Positions 1 to 11,710 are shown, counted from the stretch's first letter. The stretch: DNA of 64,000 nt from Octopus sinensis (GCF_006345805.1 NC_043006.1:682001-746000), one strand, 5' to 3'. Numbers and translations are program-made. Notes: generated from the sequence alone by a model not told the origin.

Positions 1-47
1 ATATATATATAATATATATATATATATATTGTATCTTTATATAATAT

Positions 48-1735
48 AATAGCAGAGTTACCCGGCGTTGCCCGTGTTACATACAATTGAAGAATTAGAC
101 TTTTCTGTTATATTTTCTGTAATGAACTGGAGTACCTATGTTTCGAATTTCATCAAAATTGCAGATGAGGGTTATTTCCCTCTTTATTCACCCAAACAAA
201 ATTGTAATCGTGCCACATGTATCACATACTACTGATTTTTATGCGGATATTCCAAAATACCAGTCTTATAGAACCTGTTAAAAAGGGATTTTGCTCCGGA
301 AAAATGGAGGTCATGGAGCTCTAAAATGTGAGAGTTAACGCCCCTATTGGGGGTGGGTATCTTAATGTCAACCAGAGAAGTTGAATTGTTCAGAATCTTT
401 TTAACTTGGGTCTTATATCTATTGTGTGAATTTCTTTGAAATATGAAATATATGTATGCTCACCAGGTTTGTAAAAGAGAGCAAAGCTACAGGAAACCAA
501 ACGACGAATGATCACAATAAGCAGTCAGTTACCCTACCCTAGTCGTTACCACTCCCAATGTAGTATTCCTCACCATACAGGTGACAGGCACAGACATAAG
601 ATGCATTACGAATCTATAGCAATTGGAAGGGCGTGACCCAACTGAAATCAACATTAACAACTGTGTGACGTGAGGGCTAAGGAGAAATGAAAGTTGGAGT
701 TTGCAAATGACCACTATACTGATACGTAACTGGACAGAATAAATATACAATCTATAAATGTCTTTGAATAACCAGTCACTCATCTGGGAAAGCCTTGAAA
801 TCAATGTTACCATCAGGGGACTATGTGTGACCGAGTGATAATAAAAAGACTGAAAGGAGATCTGCAATCAAATAACTTTACTCAACACTTTGCAACTGGA
901 TCAGTGGAGGCAAAGATGCCTCTCATTTACTTGACAATTTATGCAGCACATTGCAGAAATCACAATCTAAGTGTATGTCAAAGCAAACTCTTACACTGTT
1001 GTACCATTGAATTACAAATAACGCTCATCTTCTATGCTCGGATGACCCCACTGCTTCCAAGAGCACAACTATTCGTCTTTGCTTAGATAAAATGACAAAA
1101 TTGCGGGTGTTAAGTCCCCATGAAGGGGTCTTTCTAGCTTGTAAGAAGATGAAATTTTATAAATATTACTTCATTTGTATCTAATATCTATGGTTAAAAT
1201 TTCATCAACAGCAAAAATATATGAATTGTCATGGGGGTTGTGGCCCTTATGCATAGAATATAATTTCCAAATTTCATAAAGATCCATTCAGTACTTTTGA
1301 CTTAGTTTTGGATCATAAATGAAATGACTAAAATTCGGGAGTTAAGGCCCCCATTAGGGTGTCTTAGAATCCTCATGTGAAGTGGAAACTTTGAGAATAC
1401 TTCCTGATGTGTGTCAATTACCCATGGTTGAAATTTCAGCAACATCGAAAATTTATGCATTTTCATGAGGGGTTCTGCCCCCTTTAAGCCATCTGAAATT
1501 CAAACCAAAAATAATGCATTATACCCACCCTTATGCATTGAATTTAAGTTTCAAATATCATAAGGATCCATTCAGTGATTTTGGTCCATGAAATTGTATG
1601 AAACACACAGCATTACCCTTCTCCCTAGGCTTCGATTTTGTGTTCCAAATTTCATTATGATCGGTGCAGCAGTTTTCGAATGTATAAGTAATACACGAAC
1701 ACATAAACACATTGTCTTAAATATGAAAGTACACA
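48..1735 (-). mobile_element. Old Helitron-derived element (non-autonomous/decayed)
   Basis: Minus strand ends ...CACGGGCAACGCCGGGTAACTCTGCTA, the same 3' hairpin and CTA(G) terminus as the clean Helitron at 11711-12238. The other end (about 1640-1730) resembles Helitron 5' sequence (accgatcataatgaaatttggaacac). Internal degenerate repeats (aaatttcat...). Boundaries approximate. Confidence 0.55.
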
Positions 1736-1738
1736 TAT

Positions 1739-1865
<127 letters not shown>

Positions 1866-1918
1866 GTCGAACCGCTAAATCATTTTATCGTAATTGTTTA
1901 GCGAACCGCTAATTCGAT

Positions 1919-2342
1919 CATATGGATTAACTATTAAGTCAAATAAGCACGTGCTTAGGGCATCAAGGGAGGTGGAGGCACCACAGAAATGGTAAATGGT
2001 TTACGGTGCTGAAGACATCACTTTAAACTTGCTACACTAATACTCAGGATGCCTGTATCTCTACTAAATATAAATGCATATGTGTTATGCTAAAATTAAT
2101 TTCGAGGATCTGATCAAAGACTTTGCAATTCAAAAAAGTAGGAAAAAAGCTTTTCAAATATAAATATGGTGGGAGTAGACAAAAATAAACATTATTTTCC
2201 TTCTTACTGTTTCGTTTCGTTTTGAAAAAAAAAATTTATTTTATGGATTGTTATTGCTAATATTTTGAATTACATATGCTTTTATGGGGGCACCAAAATC
2301 TTTCAAGTGCTTAGGGTCTCGGTGGGTCTTAATCCGGCCCTG
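1919..2342 (+). mobile_element. hAT (Tip100-like) internally deleted element, copy 1
   Basis: Right TIR CTTAATCCGGCCCTG; left TIR decayed (tggattaa); subterminal GTGCTTAGGG repeats; internal remnant translating KINFEDLIKDFAIQKSRKKAF, typical of the C-terminal tail of hAT/ZMYM1-like transposases. Confidence 0.7.
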
Positions 2343-3130
2343 TAGAAATGTCGGTATTATTATGGTCAAGATATAACACGTTTTTCTACTGTAATTTCAG
2401 TAAAATTTGTAGATATTAGTGTTATTTCTATTCAATGATATAACAAATAATATGTGTTCTCCATACGAAAAAATGAAGCAGCTTTCTATGAGGTAACATG
2501 TAATAGCATGGTAATAACAACAGCAATTTTGACCTCATGGCGGTGACCGTTTAGTGAGACATGCTCACGAAGAAAATTGCCGCATAAATTATAATGAAAT
2601 GAACGATGATAGAAGAATCATTGTGATTGACTCTGTCACAACACACAGACAAGATAGACAATCGAAACCTCCAGTATTTTGGCGTCTGTGTTGTATAGGA
2701 ACTGCTCAGTGTTTCAGTCAAACGTTGGTGGAATTCTCACTGGTGATTGATTGTGCAGGACGAGTGAGATTATGAATTCATACAGAAACGTAATGGTTTC
2801 TGGCATATATAAGGACCGCAGAAACAGAGAGAATGAAGTCAAAAGGTTACTTTTGAAGTGATTTAGTTAGTATCTTGAAGGGAATTCCCGGATCTTGGCC
2901 CACAGACGTCGAACTTCTAGTTTAATTTGACCTGTTGTTTTAGAAAATTATCATAGAGAAAATGTACTGCAATATGTATGGCGGAATAGGTATTTTGATG
3001 ATGTGTTCGAAGATCGGTTGTTGAAATCTGGGTGCCGAGTTATGATAGATATTATATTTATTTAGATTAACTCATTCTGTGAGTGCCATGTATTGACCTG
3101 GTAATATTATGTTGTAATACTACAGCAGTT
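1935..3130 (+). repeat. Segmental duplication unit A (paralog about 4852-6050, offset about 2.92 kb)
   Basis: Near-identical sequence over about 900 bp, then more diverged; gives the twin ORFs 2554-2775 and 5470-5691. Confidence 0.93.
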
Positions 3131-3164
3131 GCTCTACAGTATCACATATTCATAATACAGGCAA

Positions 3165-3606
3165 TATTATTGATTAGTGATGAAGGCGACAAACTGGCAG
3201 AATCATTAGGAGGCCGGGCAAAATGCTTGGCGGCATTTCGTCGGTCTTTACGTACTGAATTCAAATTCCGCCGAGGTGGACTTTGCCTTTCTAGCGTTTC
3301 GAAGCCCATAAAACAAATACCAGTTGAACACCTGTGTCGATGTTGAAATTGCTGGTCTTACACCAAAATTTGAAAGTAAAATTGTAGCTCAGAGACAAAT
3401 CATATGCATATGTCATCGTTTAAAAGACAAAGCGAATTTCTGTCAACGAATGCATTAACAGAAAAAGAAAAAACCGCTTACGCCCGCAGAGGGATTTGAA
3501 CCCGCGACCCTCAGATTTCTTCACTTCATTACTCGTAAAAGTCTGATGCTCTACCGACTGAGCTATGCGGGCGGCTACGATCGATCGCATGCACCAATAC
3601 TCTTTA
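3165..3606 (+). repeat. Segmental duplication unit B (SINE + tRNA-Lys; paralog 6685-7126, offset 3520)
   Basis: Nearly identical about 440-bp blocks, each containing a SINE fragment and a tRNA-Lys gene. Confidence 0.93.
3481..3572 (-). tRNA. tRNA-Lys-TTT: tRNA-Lys(TTT) with 19-nt intron (3517-3535)
   Basis: Minus strand GCCCGCATAGCTCAGTCGGTAGAGCATCAGACTTTTA-[CGAGTAATGAAGTGAAGAA]-ATCTGAGGGTCGCGGGTTCAAATCCCTCTGCGGGCG. Perfect acceptor stem, A and B boxes, intron at canonical 37/38, downstream oligo-T. Confidence 0.93.
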
Positions 3607-3872
3607 TTGGGAAAATACATTCTGATAAAAGTCATTTGTTCTGTCTTGTCCAGCGTAAATCTGTTAAAACCACATTCTTATAACACAGGAAATATACCGT
3701 TAAAACGTTGGCACTATGCCATTAAGCTCAGCCATGTCATAATGTCATAAAATAGGCAAGTGCTGACATAGGAATATTGTCTTATATGCAGGACAGTAAA
3801 TAGCATGGACATTATGGTGTCAATGACTAAGTCAATGACCGCAGTGGCATCCGTCAAACGAAATATGTATTG

Positions 3873-4083
3873 ACGAGTTGGCAGAATCGTTAGCGTGCCG
3901 GACGAAATGCTTAGCGGTTACATTGTGAGTTCAAATTCCGCCGAGGTCGACTTTGCCTTTCATTCTTTCGGGGTCGATAAATTAAGTACCAGTTACGCAC
4001 TGGGGTCGATATAATCAACTTAATCCGTTTGTCTGTCCTTGTTTGTCCTCTCTGTGTTTAGCCCCTTGTGGGTAGTAAAGAAA
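3873..4083 (+). mobile_element. tRNA-derived SINE, family A
   Basis: Head gagttggcagaatcgttagc..., B-box gagttcaaattcc, core gtcgactttgcctttcat...cggggtcgataaattaagtaccag; many copies in the window. Confidence 0.85.
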
Positions 4084-4503
4084 TGGGTTTTCAACATGGC
4101 AAATAACCTGCCCCACATGCACCTTACATTCTTTGTTCATCACGCAAGCGTAGTTCTATAATTTTGATACAAAATGTCACATATTTATGAGTAAAATGAA
4201 TTTAGAAGAGACGAGAGAATGAGAATGGCTCGTGTTTACACTTAAAATATTTACAGTATATAAATGTTGCTTTTTAAAGAGCAGATCTTTGTGCTGTGGC
4301 AATTCTTTCAACAAGTCATTACTCCGCGCTCTCCAATGACTGAAGATGTAATTACTTATGTATTTATGTTTACCCTTGGTTTGTGTGTTTGAAGTCATGC
4401 ACGAGTTGTATGATAACGCGAAGCAGTTTTGTCAATTCTGTCAAGACATTCATCTTAAGGAAAGAAAAAAATTGAAAAGAAAGCAAAAATAAATAATACA
4501 TTC

Positions 4504-4596
4504 AGGCTTGCAAAGAAATTCGAATCTACAACTCTCGGATTCTTCTATTATATTTACTGCGAAAAGCTGATGCTCTACCGACTGAGGTACGCGGGG
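4504..4596 (-). pseudogene. Degenerate intron-containing tRNA-Lys pseudogene
   Basis: CTCAGTCGGTAGAGCATCAG-CTTTT retained, but anticodon stem has a deletion and the acceptor and T stems are disrupted. Confidence 0.75.
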
Positions 4597-4834
4597 TGCG
4601 GGTGTGGGTGGGGAGTGTTGGCTATAAGCGTAGTTCTTCAGCGATAGCATTGTTGTGACAGTAAGTTTTTGATACCGCCATTTAATCCTATCGTCTGCTC
4701 ACTGTGCGTAAATCTGTAAAAAGCACACCGTTAAAATAAAGGAAATATACTGTTAAGATATCGACAATCCGTCACTAAGTCGAAACACTTGTTATCCTAT
4801 ACTACAGAATATACAGGAACACATATTATACATT

Positions 4835-5259
4835 CAGCACTGGATTAAGTAATAAGTCAAATAAGCACGAGCTTAGGGCATCAAGGGAGGTGGAGGCACC
4901 ACAGAAATGGTAAATGGTTTATGGCACAAAAGAAATCACTTTAAACTTGCTAAAATAATTCTCAGGATGCCTTTATCTCTACTAAATATAAATGCATATG
5001 TGTTATGCTAAAATTAATTTCGAGGATCTGATCAAAGACTTTGCAATTCAAAAAAGTAGGAAAAAAGCTTTTCAAATATAAATATGGTGGGAGTAGACAA
5101 AAATAAACATTATTTTCCTTCTTACTGTTTCGTTTCGTTTTGAAAAAAAAAATTATTTTATGGATTGTTATTGCTAATATTTTGAATTACATATGCTTTT
5201 ATGGGGGCACCAAAATCTTTCAAGTGCTTAGGGTCTCGGTGGGTCTTAATCCGGCCCTG
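4835..5259 (+). mobile_element. hAT (Tip100-like) internally deleted element, copy 2
   Basis: TIRs CAGCACTGGATTAAG ... CTTAATCCGGCCCTG; same transposase C-terminal remnant as copy 1; part of duplication A. Confidence 0.75.
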
Positions 5260-6453
5260 TAGAAATGTCGGTATTATTATGGTCAAGATATAACACGTTT
5301 TTCTACTGTAATTTCAGTAAAATTTGTAGATATTAGTGTTATTTCTATTCAATGATATAACAAATAATATGTGTTCTCCATACGAAAAAATGAAGCAGCT
5401 TTCTATGAGGTAAATGTAATAGCATGGTAATAACAACAGCAAATTTGACCTCATGGCGGTGACCGTTTAGTGAGACATGCTCACAAAGAAAATTGCCGCA
5501 TAAATTATAATGAAATGAACGATGATAGAAGAATCATTGTGATTGACTCTGTCACAACACACAGACAAGATAGACAATCGAAACCTCCAGTATTTTGGCG
5601 TCTGTGTTGTATAGGAACTGCTCAGTGTTTCAGTCAAACGTTGGTGGAATTCTCACTGGTGATTGATTGTGCAGGACGAGTGGAAATGTGAATTCATACA
5701 AAAACGTAATAGTTTCTGGCATATATAAGGACCGCAGAAACAGAGAGAATGAAGTCAAAAGGTTACTTTTGAAGTGATTTAGTTAGTATCTTGAAGGAAA
5801 TTCACGGATTTTACTCCCCAGATGACGAACTTCTAGTTTAATTTGACCTGTTTTTATAGAAAATAATTATAGAGATAACGTACTGTAATATGTATGGAAG
5901 ACTAAACATTTTGATGATGTGACCGAAGATCGGCCGCTGAAACCCGAGTGTAGAGTTATAAAAGATATTATATTTGATTGGATTAACTCATTCTCTGAGG
6001 GTAAAATGTATTACTGTAAGTATATGTTGAAACAGCGCAGCAGTTGTTCTATAGTATTAATTATTCGAATATGTAAATGTATAAGGATTGATAGTGTTGT
6101 AAAAAAAAAAACATTGAAAATAGTTGGCGTCGAACTGGCAGAATGATTGGTCGGGCAAAATGCTTAGCGGCGTCTCATTCGTCTTCACGTTCACAGTTCA
6201 AATTCCGCCGAGGTTGACTTTGCTCTTCTAGCGTTTGGAGGTCGATAAAATAAAAACCAGTCGAACGATGGGTTCTATATAATCGACTTACCCCCTCTCC
6301 CGAAATTGCCGACCTCGTGCCAAAAACTGATATCAATACTCAGAGAATAATCAAATGCAAACAACATCTTTCATAAGTGATAGTAAATTTCTGTTATCAG
6401 ATACATTTGCAGAAAATAGAAATTGCAGAAGACAAAAAAAAAGTCGGTGCTTG

Positions 6454-6545
6454 CGCCCGCAGGGGGATTCGAACCCGCGACCCTCAGATTCCTTCATTCT
6501 ATTATACGTAAAAGTCTGATGCTCTACCGACTGAGCTATGCGGGC
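6454..6545 (-). tRNA. tRNA-Lys-TTT: tRNA-Lys(TTT) with 19-nt intron (6490-6508), divergent intron allele
   Basis: Same exon 1; intron CGTATAATAGAATGAAGGA; T-loop TTCGAAT; downstream T9 terminator. Confidence 0.93.
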
Positions 6546-7000
6546 TACAACAAATAAATATGCTTCATTGATAATATTTATTGTGAAAATACATTCCGAG
6601 AGTTTGCGTTATTCTATTCGCTCACCGTAAATCTCTACCAATCGCACCGTTCAGTCGCCATGTATTACGTATAACACGCACTGATATTATTGATTAGTGA
6701 TGAAGGCGACAAACTGGCAGAATCATTAGGAGGCCGGGCAAAATGCTTGGCGGCATTTCGTCGGTCTTTACGTACTGAATTCAAATTCCGCCGAGGTGGA
6801 CTTTGGCTTTCTAGCGTTTCGAAGCCCATAAAACAAATACCAGTTGAACACCTGTGTCGATGTTGAAATTGCTGGTCTTACACCAAAATTTGAAAGTAAA
6901 ATCGTAGCTCAGAGACAAACCATATGCATATGTCATCGTTTAAAAGACAAAGCGAATTTCTGTCAACGAATGCATTAACAGAAAAAGAATAAACCGCTTA

Positions 7001-7092
7001 CGCCCGCAGAGGGATTTGAACCCGCGACCCTCAGATTTCTCCACTTCATTACTCGTAAAAGTCTGATGCTCTACCGACTGAGCTATGCGGGC
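7001..7092 (-). tRNA. tRNA-Lys-TTT: tRNA-Lys(TTT) with 19-nt intron (7037-7055)
   Basis: Exons identical to 3481-3572; one substitution in the intron. Confidence 0.93.
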
Positions 7093-7486
7093 GGCTACGA
7101 TCGATCGCGTGCACCAATACTCTTTATATGTATGACTGTAGCTAACATGGATATTATTGCGTCTTTGGCTTTGTCAAAGACATCAGTGGCACCTGCCAAG
7201 TGAAATATATATCAACGGGTTTTCAACATGGCAAATAGGCCGCTATTCATAGTTAATCACCCAATCTAGTACTATATTCCTAGGACAAAAAGCCACATAT
7301 TTCTGAGCAAAGTGAATGTTGAAGAAATGAGAGAATGGGAGTGACTCGTGTGTACAGCTGTAGTATTTGCAGTTTATGAATGTTATTTTATAAAGAACAG
7401 ATCATTGTGCTGTGCCAATGTTTTCCAACAAGACCGTGATTTGTATTCTATAATAACCAAAGGAATAATCGCTGCCGCAGACCTAA

Positions 7487-7769
7487 TCTCTCTCTATATA
7501 AAGCTGAAGTTGTCTGTGTATGGCAGGTTTGGTAGCCTTCAACTAACACTATCTCCTTCGAGACCCTGCGGCGCAAGTTGACCAAAATTGAGAGTATGAT
7601 AGAAGAAGGCTTGCTCTTCTTTCCGTAGAAGAAAAAAAATTCAAATCAGACCATGTTAACACCAAAAATTATTTACATCAAAAAGGTGCTTTTTTTCTAT
7701 GAAAATCCCTATTTTTTATGATTTTTTTGGCTGCTGTGTCGCCATTTTTAAGTGTATTTCAACCAGTTG
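7487..7769 (+). mobile_element. Helitron 5' fragment
   Basis: A|TCTCTCTCTATATAAAG start matching the 5' end of the Helitron at 11711; truncated where the CRE fragment begins. Confidence 0.6.
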
Positions 7770-8846
7770 AGTATCCGCATGGCGCGCAAAGCGACCAGAA
7801 TTCAGGCGGCAAGAAAGGCCATGGAGGCCTGTGGAGTCGAGGAGCCTTCCACAACGACAGGTCAAACCCGTGCATAAGTCAGCTCCCACTCTGAGGGCAA
7901 GGGAGACACGAAGTTCATCCAAGCTGAGTAGGCCACCAACATTAGTCATAAGGATGGCATCAATCCAGTCATCGGAGTATTTGGCGCTAGCGACAGAAAG
8001 CGGAACCTTGAAAACTGGTCCGACTGGATGAAGAAGGAATCGAAGATGGCCTTCGAAAGTATGTTGTCTCTCGCTCTCTGATTCCGACAGTCCTTCACCT
8101 TTTCAGGAGCAGACAAGCCCAGTTCCCGCCAGCGTTGGAGAGCTTCACCCAATTCCCTGTTGGAACAGGTCCATGTTGGAGAGGAGCGGATGTTGCTCAC
8201 CAGGGTGAACCAGGCGTGGGTGGAGGAAAGGAAGCAGGGGAGAGAGAGGGACGAACACTTACGAAGACCAAGACCTCCAAATCGCTTGGACAATGCAGCC
8301 TGATCGCGGGACGTTGGAGAAAGTCTGGCATTGACTAGGCATTCGAGTTTTTCAAAGATTAGGTTGTCGAAGCGTTGGAGGCACGATGGGAATCGGTAAG
8401 ATGAGCTGACTCTGAGTAAATATAGAAGCTTAGGGATCGAGAGGTAATTCCTTGATGGGTCTCGATAGCTTCAATATTTTTCCGCAATTGCTCAAGGGCA
8501 ACCACCTTCGACTGGAAGATGGGCTCAAAGGCAAAGTCAGTGATAGGGGCACCTAGAGAGCACCAAACCGATGGGGGAGGGACTGCAATAGAAGGGAAGG
8601 ACTCTGCAAAACGGTCAATAGTTGGTTGATGTTGAGAAGCCGAGTGGTTGAAGATCCAGAGCTCACATTTGGAGCTGTTTACTTGGAGACCCCGGCGACC
8701 AAACCCCCTAATGGCGAGAACACTATCTGGAGGTCCCCACAAACAAGCATCGTCGGGAAACCAGACGTTGAAGTCTAGCTAGACTCCCATCTTGGTGATG
8801 TCATCTATGCCCAGTGCGAACAGATCGGGCTCGATTGGGTCACCCT
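7770..8846 (-). mobile_element. CRE-clade non-LTR retrotransposon fragment (RT C-terminal half + CCHC knuckle), frameshifted
   Basis: GDPIEPDLFALGIDD...FNVWFPDDACL (QGDPLGPLLF...WYLDD), GLQVNSSKCEL, FGGLGLR...LPCFLSS, CRCGRLLDSTGLHGLSC...RFARH; stops and frameshifts across ORFs 8359-8742, 7946-8293, 7716-7949. Confidence 0.85.
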
Positions 8847-8975
8847 ATAAACTCAGTCACGTGTTATGTTATAATAAATCGTCGACAAACAAAAATATAG
8901 CCTCACAAACATGTCTGTTGCTGACGTGAATCTTGTGGAATGTCCATAACTTTGTTAAAAATAAGAGTGTCAAAG

Positions 8976-9577
8976 GGCGGCGAGCTGACAGAAGCGTTAG
9001 CACGCCGGGCGAAATGCGTAGCCGTATTTCGTCTGCCGCTACGTTCTGAGTTCAAATTCTGCCGAGGTCGACTTTGCCTTTCATCCTTTCGAGGTCGATT
9101 AAATAAGTACCACGCACTGGGGTCGATGTAATCGACTTAATCCGTTTGTCTGTCCCTGTTTGTTCCCTCTGTGTTTAGCCCTTCGTGGGTAGTAAAGAAA
9201 TAGGTATTTTGTCTGCCGCTACGTTCTGAGTTCAAATTCCGCCGAGGTCGATTTTGCCTTTCATTCTTTCGGGGTCAATTAAATAAGTGCCAGTTACGCA
9301 CTGGGGTCGATATAATCGACTTAATCCCTTTGTCTGTCCCTGTTTGTTCCCTCTGTGTTTAGCCCCTCGTGGGTAGTAAAGAAATAGGTATTTCGTCTGC
9401 CGCTACGTTCTGAGTTCAAATTCCGCCGAGGTCGACTTTGCCTTTCATTCTTTCGGGGTCAATTAAATAAGTACCAGTTACGCACTGGGCTCGATGTAAT
9501 CGACTTAATCCCTTTGTCTGTCCCTGTTTGTTCCCTCTGTGTTTAGCCCCTTGTGGGTAGTAAAGAAATAAGAATAA
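8976..9577 (+). mobile_element. SINE family A trimer (one head + two headless about 184-bp units)
   Basis: tatt(t)cgtctgccgctacgttctgagttc restarts at about 9025, 9205 and 9389. Confidence 0.9.
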
Positions 9578-9951
9578 GCATGTCATCTGCCAAATGAAAT
9601 ATATATTAACATTTTTTTCAGTATGGCAACTATATTTTCAGCAAATTCAACGATTTCATCTATCGTGCTTCTTCTCACATAGCAATCAATATATTTGCAC
9701 TTATAATATCGATGGCAATAAGGAAAATATTTCGATTAACGAAGTGCCGGCAACTATAAAAATAATGAAAAAATTGTTTGTAAAATGTTCTATTGATACT
9801 GACAAAGTAAGAATATAAAATTAGAAACAAGTAAATAAATAGAAAATATCCAACTTTACAAAACCAAGGGAAAGAACTTTTCAATTGATTCTCTCCCTTA
9901 CACTGCAAACTCCGATATCATTCATTGAAAATTTATATTTTCTATGAAGGC

Positions 9952-10350
9952 AGGTGGCGAGCTGGCAGAAACGTTAGCACATCGGGTGAAAGGCTTAGCG
10001 GCATTTTGTCTGTCTTTACGTTCTGAGTTCAAATTCCACCGAGGTCGACTTTGCCTTTCATCCTTTCGGGGTCAAATAAATAAGTACCAGTTACGCACTG
10101 GAGTCGATGTAATCGACATAATCCGTTTGTCTGTCCTGGTTTGTTCCCCTCTGTGTTTAGCCCCTTGTGGGTTGTAAAGAAATAGGTAATTCGTCTGCTG
10201 CTACGTTCTGAGTTCAAATTCCACCGAGGTCGACTTTGCTTTTCATCCTTTCGGGATCTATAAATTAAGTACCAGTTACATACTGGCGTCGATCTAATCG
10301 ACTGGTCCCCTTCCCCGAAATTTAGGGCCTTGTACCTAGAGTAGAAAAGA
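9952..10350 (+). mobile_element. SINE family A dimer
   Basis: Head ggtggcgagctggcagaaacg plus a second headless unit from about 10185. Confidence 0.88.
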
Positions 10351-10402
10351 ATATTTTCTATGAAGGAAAATATACATACATACATACATACATACATACA
10401 TA

Positions 10403-10441
<39 letters not shown>

Positions 10442-11076
10442 TGCATACATTGGTCGGTAGTTCATATATTCAAAAGAGAAGCAGACTATTAGAATTTCTG
10501 ACTTGTCTGCAACTGAAGAGATGTCTAATAAGCATGCCGCCCATAACAATCAAACACTGCATGTCAGTGGTTTCTCACAAAAAAATAAAATTCTTGCCTA
10601 ATACAAACCTTAATTACCCAAGACAATTAGATCCTAATTATATGCACCTTAAAACAACGAACATAATTGGAGCACTCGCCCCAATACCTCACACCGTAAA
10701 TACCAACTTGCTGAACGTATGCAACCACCCTTGCAACACCCTCCTCAAAATCTCATGCAAAATATAATCCTGAAGATTAGAGTCGCATCTCAAACATCTA
10801 CTTGGAAATGGAATTCTATGCTCTCATGATTACCTTATCAAAGCAGGGAAAGAACCATACTTTCGTATACATCCGGTTCTCTTTAATTGTTAGGGGCCGA
10901 CCAGAGCAATTCTTTGCCATTATCAAATCTCATTTCCCACCCGACCATAAGTACCACTCAATCTTTAACTGATCTACACTGAAACTATCCTATTCCACTA
11001 CACCTCTAACATGGGGATCACTGATAGCCTCATCTAATAAGCACAAATTTAATAGACATAACCCACCAGCCACAAC

Positions 11077-11139
<63 letters not shown>

Positions 11140-11140
<1 letters not shown>

Positions 11141-11294
11141 CATCATCATCATCATTTAATGTCCACCTTCCATGCTAGCATGGGTTGGACGGTTTGACTG
11201 AGGGCTGGCGAACCAGATGGCTGCACCAGGCTCCAGTCTTGATCTGGCAGAGTTTCTACAGTTGGATGCCTTTCCTAATGCCAACCACTCCGCC

Positions 11295-11295
<1 letters not shown>
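11140..11295 (-). mobile_element. Family D repeat with (GAT)n tail (RTE-type 3' end or RTE-partner SINE)
   Basis: catcatcatttaa..tccatgctagcatgggttggacgg...ggatgcc..tcctaatgccaaccactcc; further copies at about 45720, 53990, 56285, 57527, 61608. Confidence 0.7.
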
Positions 11296-11363
<68 letters not shown>

Positions 11364-11376
11364 AATAATAATGATA

Positions 11377-11605
11377 GGACCGTTTGAGCGGGATGGGCTA
11401 CTCAACCTGAAGAAAATTCTAACTGGGCCCCACCTGCAAGGTCATGTGCTGTTTATCTTGATATGAGATCACCATGTCGCGCACATATGGTTGTGATGCA
11501 TGTGCCTGGTGTACCCTTATCAGACGGGTAGTCATGATGGGTATACTGGGCTTCGTATATTTTACCCCAGTGTCACTTTGATGGCATGAACTGCTCTCTC
11601 ACTCA
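11377..11605 (+). mobile_element. 3' end of a (TAA)n-embedded retroelement (probably Dong/R4 3'UTR)
   Basis: Unique 230 bp flanked on both sides by (TAA)n; its terminal 63 bp recur at 38468-38530 (minus), again inside (TTA)n. Confidence 0.6.
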
Positions 11606-11632
11606 ATAATAATAATAATAATAATAATAATG

Positions 11633-11663
<31 letters not shown>

Positions 11664-11710
11664 TGATGATAATAATAATGAGAACACTAGCACCAACATC
11701 AATAGTACTA

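Noticed and set aside
2554-5691. Twin 73-aa ORFs as duplicated small genes
   Set aside because: GTG starts, no recognisable domain or splice structure; identity is explained by the segmental duplication.
8976-9577. CRISPR-like regular repeats
   Set aside because: Units are about 184-bp SINE copies with no unique spacers, in a eukaryotic context with no cas genes.
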